A DNA stretch of 64,000 nt from Flaccisagitta enflata. Its lineage: Eukaryota. This document shows, piece after piece, positions 18,800 through 33,202 of this stretch (positions are counted from its first letter, which is position 1; each line of letters starts with the position of its first letter). Position numbers and translations under genes: made by a program. The notes under the pieces are model-generated. The model made no database searches, was not told where the DNA came from, and saw nothing but the letters and a program-made list of their open reading frames with translations. The stretch is from assembly GCA_965153355.1 (NCBI GenBank), contig OZ231126.1, positions 1,364,001 to 1,428,000 of the forward strand. The letters run 5' to 3'.

Positions 18800-19399
18800 A
18801 AGAAAGAAAGAAATAGGAAAATAATACTTACCTGATGGGCTCAGTACAATTACAATGACTTGTCATCTCTTGAAGGAAATGCAGAGTAAATGTAGAGCAA
18901 AAGTTGCCCTGGACTTGCTTTCATTATTTGCTCTAAGTGAGTGCGTGTTCACCGTGCTTGAACGACGGACAGGGGCAGTGAATCGTCTCACCACCACGGA
19001 GGAATCTTCTTTGAGCTCCTTTAGCTTAGATCCATTGGCTCAGCTCCGTTAGCTCAGCTTGATCCATGTTCATGCTAAGCAGTAGGAGTGCTTTTCGTTG
19101 CTTTGTTCGAGGATATCAATGTGACCGATCGAACGGCTGAGTCAAGCTAAACAGAGCGTGCCTTGCGCGCATTTACACTCAGTTGATGTCCCGTGAGTGT
19201 GTGTGTCAAAGTCGATGCAGCGTTACTGCATCGCACTGCGTCAATATATTCTTCGGGGTCCTGGGCCTTGTTGGCTTTCGCCGTGCAATTCTGTTTCTCC
19301 AGATACGAAGTTTTTCCACAAATGGCTGTGTCCGTCGGTCGGTTGGTCGGTCAGTTGGTCGGTCGGTCCGTCCAGAGCGAGTGAGCAAGCGAGTAAATG

Positions 19400-19620
<221 letters not shown>

Positions 19621-20163
19621 ACAACTTACCAGTTTAATACAATACCTGGATGCGTTGTGAAGATTTCTAAAGCTGGCAGGGGCAGTGGCCGGGGCAGTGA
19701 ATTATCCCGTCACCGCTGATAATTTTTCCTTAAGTTCCGTCTGCTCCGTTAGCACTTTGCGCGTGTTTTTTTTTTCTCCCGGCATACACAGCGTCTGTTG
19801 ACGCGGCGCGTTTAGTACATAATTAGCACTATATTAGTTTTCTTCTTCTGTGCCGAGAGTATCATTTTCCTGAAATCCGTTTATGCAGCGTTTTCCGTTA
19901 ATGCCGTGTACGCTTTTACCACATTTGCATTAATTCCGCGCCTCGTTAATGCAGCGTTACTGCATCGTTAATGCATTATTGCTTCGGGGTCCTGGGCCGT
20001 GTTTTCCATTAATGCAGCGTTACCGCAACGTTAATGCATCGTTAATGCATTAATATTTGCTTCAGGGTTTTGGGCCTCTTGAATATTTTGTTTCGAGATT
20101 TCCAGTTTAGGCCCGGCGAAAAAGGCACCTCCACAATTGGCTTTGTCCGTTGGTGAGTTGGTC

Positions 20164-20259
<96 letters not shown>

Positions 20260-20902
20260 CAGAGAAACAGAGATACAAACAGACAAAGACGGATGAAAAA
20301 AAAAATAAAGAAAAAAAGGGGGAAAGAAAGAAATAAAGAAACAAACAAAGAAACAAATAAACAAACAAAAAGAGAATACTTACTGGTTGAACTTACCCTT
20401 GAGTCCGGTTGAACGAGACGTGTTTTTGCGCGCGTTTACACTCAGTTAACTTCCAGTGAGTGTGTGTGTCCCAATTTGACCGATTGATTTGATCTGGTCT
20501 GGGCTGGGACTTGCTGTTGAGTGTTCGTGGCCAGACAAAATGTATCCCAAATGTCTAGTGCAGCATGATTGCATCGTTAATGCATCGTTAATGCATTAGT
20601 TCTTGCTTGAGGTTCTCGGCCGTGTCATCCATGAATACAGCGTTATTGCATTGTTGATGCATAGTTAATGCATTAATATATTCTTTGTTCTTCCGGATTT
20701 CGGGTCTTCTGACCAAGACGATTTCGTTTGAGAATTCCAAGGTATATCTCTGCCGGAAAAAGGCCGGCCTGGCGAAAAAAAGGCACTTCCACCACTGGCT
20801 GTGTCCGACGGTCGGTCGGTCGGTCGGTCTGTCGATTGGTCGGTCAGTCGGTCGGTCGGTCGAGAGCGAGCGAGCGAGCGAGTGAGCGAGCGAGCGAGCG
20901 AG

Positions 20903-21065
<163 letters not shown>

Positions 21066-21450
21066 AAAAAAGAAAGAACAACTTACCAGTTTGATACAAT
21101 ACCTGCATACGTTTGTAGTTGCTTTATGTCTTGTAGGCAGTGACTTCACCGCGCGGCCCGCTCGTCCAGCTCATTTAGCTCAGCTGGGCCGGATTTAGTT
21201 CGTGACTTGGGTGGGTTGGGAGGGGTTGGACGTTTTTGTTGGATGATATCCTTTGGGCATGGGCAGGGAATGGGCAGGGCATGGCATAAAACATGCCTCT
21301 CATTTCGGAGACATAGGTTGGTCTCAGAGTGACAGGTTGCCCACTTTTCTTCTTCCACTTATTATTTTTTTTTCTCTCTTTTTTTTTTCGTCTTGAGATT
21401 TCCAGTGTATTTCTTCGTTGAGAAAAAAACGAACCGGCGAAAAAATCCCG

Positions 21451-21568
<118 letters not shown>

Positions 21569-21738
21569 AGGAAAGAAAGAAAAAGGAACGAAAGAAGGGA
21601 AAAAAAAAGAAAAAAGAGAAAGAAAATGAAAGAAAGAGAAAAATGAAGAAGAAGAAAAAATACTTACTTAATGATCTTGACTCGGTTTTTACCGACTCAA
21701 GATTATACTTACCTGATCCTTGAGCTTAGCTTGACTAA

Positions 21739-21965
21739 GCAGAGTGCTGTACTCTTTTTAAGAGAGGGACTGACACAGAGTGCTGTATCTCTTTAAGGGG
21801 GGGGAGAGACAGAGTGCTGTACTCTCTCTAAGTGAGGGAGAGAGACAGAGTGCTGTACTCTCTTTAAGAGAGGAGAGACACAGAGTGCTGTGACTTTTGT
21901 TGGGTGAGAGACAGAGTGCTGTACTCTCTGTAGGAGAGAGAGACAGATGCTGTACTCTCTTAAAG
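21739..21965. repeat. ~35-bp imperfect tandem repeat with core cagagtgctgtactctct (~7 units)
   Basis: The core recurs with short purine-rich spacers. Confidence 0.85.
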
Positions 21966-22430
21966 GGGGTTGTTCAGGCCTTCAGAAAGTCGAGGTCCGA
22001 TCGTCCAGGGGGTTGAAATTTTCGTCCAGGGTGGTGGCCTTCTTAATTTCCGCGATTCATTTGTCCAGGGGGAAATTAGTTGAAGGCATAGATCGTCCCA
22101 CAGTGCGGCGCCACGGGTTACGCTGTCTTTTGAGGTCGTGATGTCCGACGGATTTGATCCTAGCCTCAAAGAAGAGTAACTCAAATGAAAAGAAAGGAGA
22201 CCAAGATAGGCCTGAAGTCCGGTTTATTCATGAAATGATGACGCAAAATCTCCAGAAGATCGTGTACAGAGAATCGGGGGGCATGAATGCGTAAAGAAAG
22301 CAAATCATCATCGCTTATAAAGGCTCTGAGCCGGTAAAATGTAGAAGAAGAAGAAAAGAGGAGAGACTCGTATCGAAAAGGGGGGATTCGGGCGCGCGCA
22401 GAACGGGGTTGAGTGGGCTCAGGGCCAGAC

Positions 22431-22499
<69 letters not shown>

Positions 22500-22552
22500 A
22501 GATTGAAATGCCGGCTTAAAGAAAGAGACAAAGACAAAGAGAGAGAGAGAGA

Positions 22553-22832
<280 letters not shown>

Positions 22833-23659
22833 GATCGAAATGCCGGCTTAGAGAAAGAGACAAGAAAATAAAGAGAGAAAGAATGACAAGGGGAGAGAAA
22901 GCAGAAAAGAGGACAGATAGAAAAATGCACAGACAAAAAGTCTGATAACGAGTGAAAAACAGAAAGAAATAATTTGAAAGACAGAAGAAAAAATGTGGAA
23001 AGAAGCCATCGATATTTCGTGCTTACATGTATTTGAGTTACGGACATGTTTGTTGATAATGGACGATTGTTAATAGTTTTGTGAGATGTTTTTTGCGCCT
23101 TTGCTTTCAGCGTTTTACTCAATAACAAATCTGTAATCTTACCCATTATCTTACTGGCCTGGCTGACCAACCGACCGACCGACCTATACGATCTTACTGG
23201 GTAAAAACGTATGTTTCCCGAAAATTTTCGAACCAGAAATTAACATGTCAACAAAAAAAAAAAATGATGTTGTTAACCCATAAGCGACCCATTGCATAAC
23301 GACTTCTGCAGTAACGCCATTTCCGGTATTCTCCATGGCAACGTAACGCCATTTTGGCGTCTATATGGCGTTATTTGAGGAGTTATTATTGCTGTCACTT
23401 TTTTCTTTACCTTAATCAAACATATTTTTTACTTTCTCCAATTTTTGTTTGTAAACGATGAAATGCAAAGGCAGCCAATCAAACAACATGAAACTTGCTG
23501 AAATACGTTTGACGAAGCCATGTTGATAAACAGTTAAATACACTCAATATTGACCGATTTCCGTAATTCTTGGATTCGGTACAGCGATGTACGCCAATGT
23601 CGATGAGTCTACTGAATATTGATTGTAAGAACATTATTGTGTTTCTTCTTTCCATACAG

Positions 23660-23807
23660 TTTTATTTCTGTTGTTTGGATTTGCTTTCATCGTTGGATTG
23701 ACCAATTTGCTTTGGTATTACGCCGGCAAAGTCATTTACATGCCCAAGGTCTATCCTTACAACACAACAGAATTTGAGAAGAAAGCATCAGCTCCATATT
23801 ATCAGAA
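23660..23807 (+). CDS. TRPC-like channel, copy 2, S5 exon
   Basis: Splice sites catacag|TT...CAGAA|gtaagt. Encodes LFLLFGFAFIVGLTNLLWYYAGK...APYYQ(N), matching TRPC S5 (FAFxxGLNQLxWYY). Ends in phase 2, compatible with both exon A and exon B1. Confidence 0.85.
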
Positions 23808-25098
23808 GTAAGTCTATCCTTACAACAAAACAGAATTTGAGAAGAAAGCCTCGGCTCCATACTTTCAGAAGTAAGTCTATCCTTACAATAAGACAGGGTT
23901 TCAGAAAAACAACACAGGAAGGCATGGCATACTACTAACAGGATGTGCAAAAAATTTGGTATTTTTCTGGAGAAGCATGTAAAAGCCATTCTTTAAAGAC
24001 ACTTTTTCATCTAAGTCAATGTTAACTATGTCAATTAACAATTTTTGAATGTTTGTCAAAAGAAAAGCAGCAAAGATTTGTAACAATAGAGTGATAGAGG
24101 GCAGGAAAGGTCCATTTGCATTAGTCCCAAAATGTGTTTTCTGTAATGGACAAACAAGAACTGATGACAGATTCAAGATTATTTAGGAAGGTATTTTGAA
24201 ATGCTCAGACCAAATTTTTAAGACATTATGGTTGTCTAATTTAATAAAAGTATATCATCGTTCCTTCACCACGATAGCGGTCTTTTTATCATTTTCAGCT
24301 ACACATGATCGCTGTTCTCTGCCATATTTTTCCTGGTTAAAATCCTGTGAAATTGGAAAGAATACCGCCAGAACAACAACCTTTTACGCAAACCAGGGAA
24401 GCTGAATACAAAACCTATGCACTTTAGCATTCAGTAGGCCTTATTGTGAGATTGTGTTTCAAATTTCATCTTACTGGGCCATCTAGAAGTATGGTTTTTG
24501 TGATAATATGTAAATACCAATTTTTTTGCTCACCCTGTTATCAGTGGTAATTCTAGCCTCAAATCACCAACATGTTTGCTAAAAAAGGCTTGCCAATCTG
24601 CAGCCAGAAGTATACAATGGATAAGTTTTGAAAAAAAAAAGAAGATATGGCTCCCTACATTTCCTACTTTCAGAAGTAAATATTATGTATAATTTAGCTT
24701 GATTGCAAGAATTCTAAACAAGCTATGGTTTTAAACTTTCATCATTGGCAATGACATTGCCGTGTTCCATGCTCAAACTTGCTTTCAAAGAGAACCTTAC
24801 GGCTCACCTGCAACACCAAGTTATTGATGAAGTTTTTTTTCTGATTTTCTAATTTGAAAGATATCATTACCAATGATACTGAGGCAACTTACGTAAGGTG
24901 GGGCGACTTCCAAAGACGTGCTCCATGATCATAAATCCACGAAAATGTCATTGTGAAGTGCGACGGTTTTGGCACAGGAACCGATTGTTCAAAGTATATA
25001 AAATCCGAGCATAGTAGTACTATTTTGGGTCCTCCATATCCTCTCTCTCCGCCCTCTCCACCCTCTCCACCCTCTCCACCCCCCTCCCTCCACCGCAG

Positions 25099-25366
25099 CA
25101 TCATCCGTACATTTGAAACTTTATTTTGGCCGTTATTCGGCGTGGGAACTAAAGGCAGTGGGGGTGGCCCCCGCCCGATGCATACGCCCCCTGAATGGAT
25201 CGAAGAGAACAACCCCTGGCTGGGGGGTTTGTTCCATCAGGGCGACTCTGTCAAATGGATCGCCCGATGGGCCGAAATTATGAGCGGATTTTATTACTTG
25301 ATTATGATAATTATTTTGGTTAATATGCTCATTGCCATGATGAGTAACTCGTTTAATAGCGTTCAG
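25099..25366 (+). CDS. TRPC-like channel, copy 2, alternative pore+S6 exon A
   Basis: Same splice sites and identical protein to 77-344; I counted 8 nucleotide differences, all synonymous. Confidence 0.85.
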
Positions 25367-26344
25367 GTAAAAGGCAAATATGTCTATGACTCGATATTAA
25401 CACTTTCAGCATGCAAGTTGTGTCATCCCAACATCGTCCCTCCCAAGAGCGCGGTCAGATTTTGGCGACTCTGTGATTTTGGACACAAAAGCAACCTAAG
25501 TAATTCGGCATCAGTGAAAAGTACTTTTTTGGGGGGGACTTTATGACCGGTTATGTCACAGTAAGAGTGTTTTGCAGTAAAGTTCTTTTTCAAGTAAATT
25601 GGTAATTCACAGTTGAATTCAATCAAGAGATAAAAAAATTCTTAAAAAAAAAGGAGCAAATCAATGTTGATTTCATGTAACTTTGATTTTAACACATCCC
25701 CAAGGCACATCTTTCTTCCATTCACGAGCACGATTGAATTATGCACTGCACTCACAGTTTGATCATTTATGTAATCTTTATGCTTGATTTCTTGTTGGTG
25801 AAACAGACAGAAACACAAAAAAAACGATGATATAAAACGATGATATAAAACGATACATGGTAAAAACTAAGAAGGTAGAAGTGGGGGACCGCTTCGAATT
25901 TTGAGGATGGGAAAGCTACAAGTATCTGATTTGTAAAATGGAAGTGGAAGCGGGTGCAGTGGAAGCGGGTGCGGTGGAAGCGGCATGAAAATCAACTGCT
26001 TCCACATCCCTGGACGATTTAGATATAAGAAAAAACAATACACAAATGCCCATATTGATGCCGTTTACGCTGCTTCCACCTCCACTTCTACTTCTAGCAG
26101 TGTCACTTCCATCTCCGCTTCTGCTTCCACATTTTTTTTTACCTCCGCTTCCCCTTCCAAATCTGTTTCTGCCTGCGCTCCCACTTCCAATTTCCACTTC
26201 GGTTTCCATTTTTACTTCAATTTGCAGTATGAATTTGAGTCTATATCCCAGTAACCCAACCACCAGTTATGAAAGTGGTAAATATAAATCGCTTCCACAT
26301 CCTTAATTCCTTATAACCTCGATCGCCCATCTCTGCTTCTGCAG

Positions 26345-26523
26345 CATCTTGAAGACCTTCGAGGTGCTGTTTTGGTCGCTGTTTGGGATGCTGCAGACGT
26401 CGGAGCGGGAGTTGCGGCAGCCACCGCAGCAATTTGACGAGAATGATCCGTGGCACGAAGGTGTTATGGGAGATAACAAACTTGGAGTCTGGATGATATC
26501 AGGATCATTAGAAATCATTCTAG
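26345..26523 (+). CDS. TRPC-like channel, copy 2, alternative pore exon B1
   Basis: Splice sites ctgcag|C...TAG|gtgcgt; protein identical to 1447-1625. Confidence 0.85.
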
Positions 26524-26645
26524 GTGCGTTTTGTGCTACATTCGTTACCAGTAAAGGCGGCTCTCGCCGACCGGAAAAAAATTGTAAGATTGTTTCTGTT
26601 TTTTTTTCAGTTTCTTTTTTCTCCTCATTACATTCACGCGCCTAT

Positions 26646-26786
<141 letters not shown>

Positions 26787-29131
26787 CTCTTCTCTCTCCC
26801 TTCTCCTTCTCCCTCTCTCTCTCTCCCTCTTCTCCCTTCTCTCCTCCTCCTTCTCTCTCCTTTCTCTCCCTCTTGCTCCCTTCTCCCTCCCTCTCTCTCT
26901 CTCTCTCTCTCTCCCTCCCTCCCTCCCCTCTCTTCCCTCCTTTCCCTCTCTCTCCTCCCTCTCTCCCTCCTCTCTCCTCTCCACCTCCCTCCTCTCCCTC
27001 CTCCATCCTTCTCTCCCTCCCTCTCTTCCTTCCAGTCTCCCTCCCACTCGCTCTCCCTCCATCTTATATTCCCTCCTACCCCCTCCCCCCCCTCCCTCCC
27101 TCCCTCCTTCTCTACCTCTCCCTCTCTACCTCTCCCTCCAATTTCAACCCCAGCCACGGGCGAGCCTAGTTCTGACCCAACTTTCTCAAATTGTTGCAAG
27201 CGAAAAAGGGAAACATTAATTCCTAACCCGGAACTCAAAAAATTGAAAAACGTTTTTCGATTTTTTTCCCAATTAAGAGAATAATGGTAGCTTTCACCAA
27301 CTAGAAAAAGTTGTAAACCAACTAGAACCAGTCACCCAAGGGCAATATGTGTTCAGCGATACCTGTTGCCCTGCTTTGTATGTTTGTGAATGTAGGTGAA
27401 CACAGGGGGACTTTTGCACGATTGAATATCATAGGAAATTGCCAAAAAGATGAAGGAATGCAGGGGCTGGGGGAAGACACACAAACGGAAAAACGAACGA
27501 ATGAAAGTCCCCTGTGCTCTACAGGACATCATCCCCTTCGGGGCCGCTGCCCAAAAAGTTGTAAACAGCAACTCCCTCCCTCTCTCCTTCCTTCCCTCCA
27601 ACCCTCCCTCTTCCCTTCCCTCCCTCTCCCTCTCCCTCCAACTCACCCTCCTTCCCTGTTACTCCCTCTCCATCCCCCTCTCCCTCTTTCTCCCTCTCTC
27701 TCCCTCTCTCTCCATCCCCCTCTCACTTTCTTCCTCCCTCCCTCCCTCTCTCCCTCTCTCCTTCCCCCTTTCCGTCCCTCTCTCTCCCTCCCTCTCCCTC
27801 CCCCTCCCTCCCTCATCCTCTCCCTCCCCCTCTCCCTCCCTTCCTCTCCCCTTCCTTCCTCCTCCCTCCCTTCCCTCCCCTCCCTCTCCTCCCTCCCTCC
27901 CTCCCTCTCCCTCCCACCCTCCCTCCCTCCTCCCTCACCCCTCCCTCCCTATGCCCTCTGCTATTTTTGTTGTTAAACAATTAGGGCCAAAAATTGAGAT
28001 CAATGAAAAATATAGATCTTTGAAAAAATGCGGAAAATGTGAAAAAAATAAAAAAAAATTAAAAAATTCATAGCGCCTAAAGTATTGGTCCCACAGTGCC
28101 CTGCTTTTTTCCAGAAGGTGTAAAAAAGTGCCCTCTTTCACCCTGTACCAATTTCAACCCCAGCCCCGGGCGAGCCTAGTTCTGACCCAACTTCCTCAAA
28201 TTGTCCCAAGCGAAAAAGGGAAACATTAATTCCTAACCCGGAACTCAAAAAATCGAAAAACGTTTTTCGATTTTTTTCCCAATTAGTCGCGTGTACGCGA
28301 CTCTACATCCTGCTTTGTCCGTCGGTCGGTCGGTCGGTCGGTCGGTCGGTCTGCCAGTCAGTTTGTCGGGCAGTCTGTTGGTCTGTCATACTTTTACTTT
28401 TTTTTTCAATTTTATTTCTTTAAGTCATTTAAAGTCATTAAAGAGTATGCTAAGTGATTCTAAGTGATTCTAAGTGATTCTAAGTCAATCTGTAAGTGTC
28501 GCACGCGACTTATAGGTGTTGGCCTTGTTTGGAAGAGCGCTGCTCCTAGATAACTCAAGCCACCAACTGATGATTGGTTGCGTTTGGAAGAGTTTAGGCC
28601 TTTGGCAACTCCTAAGAATGAGATCTATATTATTTTCATAACTTTTTTTGTTAAAAAGCAGCATTCTTGCAAGATTATTTCATACTATGAGGTGGGAATA
28701 TTTCTGATTTAAGATAAGAAATGCTATTGAGACCTGTCACACAATTTTGACCGTTGGACACTTACAGTCAAACCATAAAAAGCATATTTCTGGCTGGACA
28801 TATTAGATGGAGCATAAACAGTTTTCTTACAACTTTGGTCTTCTGCAGTTAAGATTTCACCTCACTTGGTCAACTGGAAGTGTGCATTTTACTGGTGTTA
28901 GTTGATTAGTCCCTAGTTTTCAAACGCTCCTTTAAGCATTTACATCTTAACAAATGATTTTGATTCTTTTAAACTTGCTTGGCACAACGACGCATTATGA
29001 CTCACTGAAACCACGGGACATGGCCAATTTATCCTGTCCTTCGTTATGCCTTGCGCTATGCCTCGTGCTCATGCCCCTTGTCCCACGACTCTTTTATCAT
29101 TCATCATCCACAATGCATCATGATGTTGCAG

Positions 29132-29211
29132 GTGTCTTCCATCTGATGATGCTCATAATCATGTTGAATTTGTTGATCGCCATGATGAGTACCTCCTTCA
29201 ATGATATTCAG
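29132..29211 (+). CDS. TRPC-like channel, copy 2, alternative S6 exon B2
   Basis: Splice sites ttgcag|GT...CAG|gtactt; protein identical to 5434-5513. Confidence 0.85.
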
Positions 29212-29517
29212 GTACTTATTACATTGATGAGTACATCCCTAAATGATATCATGTAATGGGTGACCTAACGTTAAAGCGTCTGTCACAACAATTCAAATAC
29301 TTCTTTCAAGTTGCCCGAAATGAGGTTCGTTCGTACCATCATTTCAACCAGAGAGAATGATAGAGAGCTCTTCTCAGTCTGCCCGTCACCTTGTTTTGGG
29401 CAACCTTCTTTTTCATTTTCAGTTATTTTCTAATCATAGTCAGAGTATGCTCTCCATTTTATTAAAACACCTCTGTGTCAATTGCTGCGCATGAAACCCT
29501 AACCTATAGAGATCATC

Positions 29518-30302
<785 letters not shown>

Positions 30303-32153
30303 AATTTACTGAACATCATAGTTTCTTTTTCTTTCTTTTTAGGTGCGACAAAGCACCTCTATAACTAGCTGTGTCCGTTGGTCTGTCTGTCTGTCTGTCG
30401 GTTGGTAACGCATTCGTTCGACGATCCACACCGTCGCACCTATTGGCCTACTTGGCCTTGTTGAATGCTTCTTTTTAGTCGCGGACTAGCGACTCTATAA
30501 GAGGCTTTGTTCGTCCGTTGGTTGGTCGGTCGGTTGGTCCGTGGTGATCGAGTTGAGAGAGTGCGAAAACGCGCATTTCCGCCCCTGCCCACCCGTCCGC
30601 GACTGGTATTGACCGTGTATCCGGCCTTGTTTCCACTTTACTTCATTCAGTTAATGCTCATTCCTGATATTTCATGCGGGTTCTAACATTGGCCACATTA
30701 TCTAGATATCAGAACGATATTCCCCAGATGTAATATCTTCCCAATGCAAGAATCCTACATAAGAATGCCAACCCATGTGAACGTGATTCCTCATGCTTAT
30801 TATCAGACTGAATCCTTATATTGTCGACAACGAATACTCGTTGTCCTAACAAACAACTATCCCATTCTTTTTTCATTCAATCATTTATCATTTATCATTT
30901 TTTTCTTTTAACATTCAATGCTATTAGACCTGATCTTAGGGCTTATGGATCTGTCCGCGCTTTTGGGATGATGATCACACTTTCGTACCGTAAGATAGAA
31001 TACGTATAAGTATGTACAGTATAACTTAGTGCAGCCTCGTGATATTAATATTCAGTGTCACAGTGTAAGTGATAATAATCTGTCATATCAGTGACAGTGC
31101 CGTTTGTTTTGTTGTGCAATTGCTATTGAAATTTTTGCTTGGTATTTCTGATTTCCTTTCTTTTCTTTCAATGGATTTAGGAACTGATACCAGCTAAGCA
31201 ATTTTGATTTTTCAATTAGAATTCTGTGCTTACATGATTCTTATTTAAACATGGTGAAATGAGCGTGACAGTAAAATTATTAAAGCTGAATTATTCATCA
31301 ACCATGGTAAACGTTAATTACCTGACCTACCCCCCAAAAGAACTTAATGAAACAAGGCCGGATACACGGCTACCCCAGTCGCGTGCGGGTGGACAGGAGC
31401 AGTGAGGCTAAAGATTGCAAAAAAGCGAAAAAAGTAAAGTGTGACGGACCGACAGACTGACGGACGGACGGACCGACGGACCGACAAAGCGGGTTGTAGA
31501 GTCGCGTAGCAAGCGACTAAAAAGCATCTAGGGAGAAAGGAATGTCAAGTATTTCTCATGGTTTCTCTCCCAAATTCCATACACTCTGATGAATATTCAT
31601 CATTTCCATTTTCTTTTGTGGTCAATATCACTCTACCTTTTCCAGAATCATTTCTTATTCAAATTTCTATAGTTAGCGACCCATGACTTCCTAAATACTT
31701 CTCATATCTATTGTATCAATAGTGTTTGACATTCAACTTATAGTTTTAGGACTTTCTTTTATTCTAGTTTAGATTTGGAAGTTTTGGCCTGAAACAGATG
31801 AGGAAAGAAAGGTGAAAATGAAGCTATAAGTGGTATGTTGATATGCAGCTGTTTTCAGTCGTGTAATTCTGTGATAAAAGATATTGCTGTTCATTTATAT
31901 CTAGTTAAGTCGTAAATTGCTGAAAACTACGTTGTATGAAGAAACATTATGGATATAGATGGACAAGCTGATGGACGAACCGACCAACCAACCGTCTTCT
32001 TTTAGAAAACTTCGGCGAGATATATCAGATTTCCATCTTTCTTTACCTCACGTTTTACATAAATGTTGAATTGTTATAACGTCAAGTTCGACCACATTCT
32101 AATCCAGTCATTCAACCCACTTGTATTCTCTGCAATCCTCTCTTTATATCCAG

Positions 32154-32324
32154 GAGCATTCGGACATTGAGTGGAAATTCAGTCGCACGAAATTGTGGCT
32201 TTCTTACATTTCTACGAATGCAAACATTCTTCCTGTTCCCTTCAACATTTTGCTCCTATTCAAAAGTTGCCTTGTTGCAGTCGCCGAAGTCTTTACCGCC
32301 TCAGCAGCCTTTCTCAAGAAAAAA
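32154..32324 (+). CDS. TRPC-like channel, copy 2, TRP-box exon
   Basis: [18 protein letters not shown]...; splice sites as in copy 1. Differs as TAS versus TVT near the end. Confidence 0.88.
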
Positions 32325-32349
32325 GTAAGTTATTCACAACAACAACAAT

Positions 32350-32465
<116 letters not shown>

Positions 32466-32502
32466 ATCAAAATCACAACTAAGTCCTAGGCTTTTTTTCT
32501 AA

Positions 32503-33126
32503 GGCACAATTCGCGGTCTCCCAGGCGGAGCATGGGTAAAATAAGCCATTTTGGAAATCAAATAAATTCAACATATCTATACATCATTGTGAAGGTTATA
32601 CATTACTATATATGAATTCACAATTGAAATTTGTTAGCAGGGTCAAATCTTTATGCAAATAAGGTTATAATGATATTGTTCGAAATTTTCCTTTTTTTTT
32701 AAATTTAACCATTTGATGAAGTAAGATAGATCAGTAAAGGTCTATATTGGTGCAAATAGTCAGGTGTAGATGTGTTCACACTGTCTTGATCATTGGGAAT
32801 GCGTAGTTTTGAATGAAATTGAATGCAAAAACCCAAAAAGTCTAAAATATCAATGTTTTGCATGTAGACAAAAAAGCCACAATCACAGCGATTTTAAAGA
32901 CTGGATATATGAATTTTGAATCTGATATGTATCTATCTGAAAACTCTTACATAAATGTGACATTATTGAAATATATCTATATACATATATGTATACATCC
33001 ATATGTATTTGAAGGTTCTATACTTGCCCGCATTGGTTTGAAAACTACCAGATGTAAAGATTGTTATTAGGATCGTGCCATATGTCTCTGAAGACAAAAT
33101 AAAGACTTTTCATAGATATCCTTTAT

Positions 33127-33202
<76 letters not shown>

